Source: Felis catus (lineage: Eukaryota). From it: a DNA stretch of 64,000 nucleotides. Positions within the stretch are counted from its first letter, which is position 1. Every line of letters begins with the position of its first letter. The notes under the pieces are model-generated. The model saw only the letters and a list, made by a program, of their open reading frames with translations, was not told the origin of the DNA and ran no database searches. Below are positions 61,811-64,000 of the stretch, in pieces. The stretch covers positions 110,672,001 through 110,736,000 of the forward strand of contig NC_058373.1 of assembly GCF_018350175.1 (NCBI RefSeq). Direction: 5' to 3'. The position numbers and the translations under genes are program-made.

Positions 61811-62486
61811 TGGCCCAGCAACCAAGTCTGGGGCACTACAGGGCAGTAAGAACCCTGATAACAACATACAGGTCACTAAATGGTCCCTGGCCAACGTATG
61901 GGACATATGGCCAACATAAGTCTGAGACCTAAGGAGAAAGAGGGCTGTGAGTAAAAATAAATTATTTCCATAGACTCTCTATACAACTGTAGGGGAAGGG
62001 CAGCACATTGGGGAGGAAAAAGCATCTTTCTGCCACGTCATCACAGAGCAGCTCCTCCCTTTGGTCCAGTGAGTTCCTCAGAAGCAATACTCGGAAAGTA
62101 GGGGCAATGTCTGGTGGGAGACTTTGGTGCTTGGCCGTGGGCACTGACCCCTGGTGGCAACATGGTGCCTGGCAGGACACGGTGGTATCTCGGAAACCAT
62201 TAGCAATACCCACGAGAGACAGCAAAACAGCACCGGGGGAGATTCATAAACACATGGGAGACCTATCCCCCTTCTCCCAATTCAAACATACTTTTCGTTT
62301 TCCTATTAGGGGTAGTGGGAATGGTTAATTGACAGAAGATCTCAGGTCCAGGTCTTGCTTCACCAGAAGAGGCAAGAGCAGTGAGGTCCAACTGATACTC
62401 TTGCTGTGTTCTCTCTTGTATTTATGGGTTGGGGTGGCCTGGGAAACTCAGGCACATTTGGGTACCCCCAAAAAGCCAGGCCACCT

Positions 62487-63014
62487 TGTAGCCAGTGTTT
62501 AGCTGCACCACTTGCCCCTGACACCCAGAGATTTAAAAATAAGTAAGTGTTTGTTATGTCACGTAGGTCGAGTAGTTAGAAGTGGCTTAGTTGAGTGGTT
62601 CTGGCTCGGGGATCTCTCAGGATGTGGCAGCGAGCTGTTGGCCAGGGTTATAGGATCTACTTCCTCCCTGAAGCTTGAGGATCCACTTCTAGAAGGGTCA
62701 CTCATGTGGCTGGCAAATTATGTTGGCTGTTGGCAGCAGGGGTGGGGTTGGGTGGGATGCGGTTTTCCCACACGGACTTTATTATAGGATTGCTTGAGCA
62801 TCCTCACAACATGATAGGTGACCTACCTGACAGCAAGTGATCCAATAGAATCAGGTAGAAGCTGCAGTGTCTTTCAGGATATAGCCTCAATGTTCCCCTC
62901 CTTCCTTTCTGCAATACCCTATCATGATATAGCTTGCCCCTACTCAGTGTGGGAGGGGACCCCTCAAGGGCATGGATACCAGCAGGCAGGGCTTCTTGGA
63001 AGCTGGCTACTGCA
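62487..63014 (-). mobile_element. MLT1F/G/H-like MaLR LTR
   Basis: gtggcttagttgagtggttctggctc..ggatccacttc..cactcatgtggctggca..gcttgagcatcctcacaacatg..cagtgtgggagggga. Confidence 0.75.
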
Positions 63015-63600
63015 GCCTGTCTCAGCATGGGACCATATTCAAAAGGAGCACCAAGTTCACCTCCCAAAGCACTGGGGTCTTCACTGAAGTCTCTAGAAGC
63101 AGCAAGGGAGAAGGAATTACATTGCAGAGTGCCCAGTGGCAGTTCTAAAGTTCCTCTTCAGGCGTCTCTGTCTCCAGAGTCACACTTCATCACAGCAGCT
63201 ACTCTCCAAGATCTCCCTTCTCCCAACTTACTCAAATCTTTGTATCCCTTCTGTCTGCCCCACCCCACCCTGCCTCAGTTGTATAGATCAAGCCAACCTC
63301 TCTCAATTCTTAGGTCTCCCCTCTACCTTGAAGCTCAGGAACCAGGTAGGCAGTCATAGATACTCTTGGGTGGGGCACAGAAGGTGGACAAAGAGGGAAG
63401 GCAGGGAAGAAGGACACGTTAACATTTCAGGTCTATATCACATTGATGCCCTAAGTGCCCAGTACAGTGCCTACAACATGGTAGGTGCTCAATAAATGTT
63501 GGTGAATTAACGGATGGTGGTAATGTGCAAATTCTAAATGAAAATGCTAGTATTTAGTGGTAATATTATAGCAACAAGTTTCCACATAGAACGCAAAAGT

Positions 63601-63815
63601 GGGGCACCTGGGTGGCTCAGTGGGTTAAGCATCAGACTCTTGGTTTCAGCTCGGGTCATGATCTCACGGTTCATGAGTTCAAGCCCTGCACTGGGCTCCA
63701 CACTGACAGCGCAGAGCCTGCTTGAGATTCTCTTCCTCTCTCTCCGCCCCTCCCCTGCTCACTCTCTCTGTCTCTAAATAAATAAATAAATAAATAAACA
63801 AAATGTTTAAAAAAG
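63601..63815 (+). mobile_element. CAN-SINE
   Basis: TSD agaac(g/a)caaaagt. Confidence 0.9.
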
Positions 63816-63857
63816 AACACAAAAGTGATATGGTACTATCTTGTTTAAAAATGTTCA

Positions 63858-64000
63858 TGGGTGGCTCAGTCGGTTGAGCATCCGACTTCAGCTCAGATCA
63901 TGATCTCGTGGTCCGTGAGTTTGAGCCCCACGTCGGGCTCTGTGCTGATGACTCAGAGCCTGGAGCCTGTTTCAGATTCTGTGTCTCCCTCTCTCTCTGA
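63858..64000 (+). mobile_element. CAN-SINE cut by the window end
   Basis: Head and body. Confidence 0.88.

Noticed and set aside
171..63777. Many 60-120 aa ORFs containing MAQSVK..TSAQVMIS..LTAQSLEPASDSVSPSL
   Set aside because: They are translations of CAN-SINE copies, not a protein family
1..64000. CRISPR arrays, operons, viral genes or foreign inserts
   Set aside because: No repeat-spacer array, no long intact ORF, no gag/pol/env coding sequence and no compositionally foreign block was seen

Overview
Mammalian DNA from a cat (Felidae). It holds about 50 tRNA-derived CAN-SINEs of felid type, carnivore L1s and a Tigger1a-type element. The only protein-coding gene I can support is the 3' end of PPP1R36 on the + strand: four in-phase GT-AG exons at 4690-4732, 5043-5221, 5306-5497 and 6021-6207, ending in TAA. 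Upstream exons lie before the window. By recalled synteny with human 14q23.3 (HSPA2-PPP1R36-PLEKHG3-SPTB), the remaining ~57 kb is probably the interval towards PLEKHG3. It is dense in repeats (CAN-SINE, L1, L2, MIR, CR1/L3, MaLR/ERVL LTRs, hAT and Tigger MITEs), with a few unique islands carrying regulatory-looking motifs. Nearly all ORFs in the supplied track are SINE/L1 read-throughs or chance ORFs. I found no evidence of a new multi-gene system. The best observations concern genome history: a deeply nested transposon stack with one target site used repeatedly, a 39-bp copy spanning a SINE junction, an L1 truncated at both ends that joins two truncated hosts, a readable CR1 reverse-transcriptase fossil, a 221-bp pure A/T tract and a consensus CTCF site. 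Repeat family names and the protein match come from recalled consensus sequences, not a search, and repeat boundaries are approximate.
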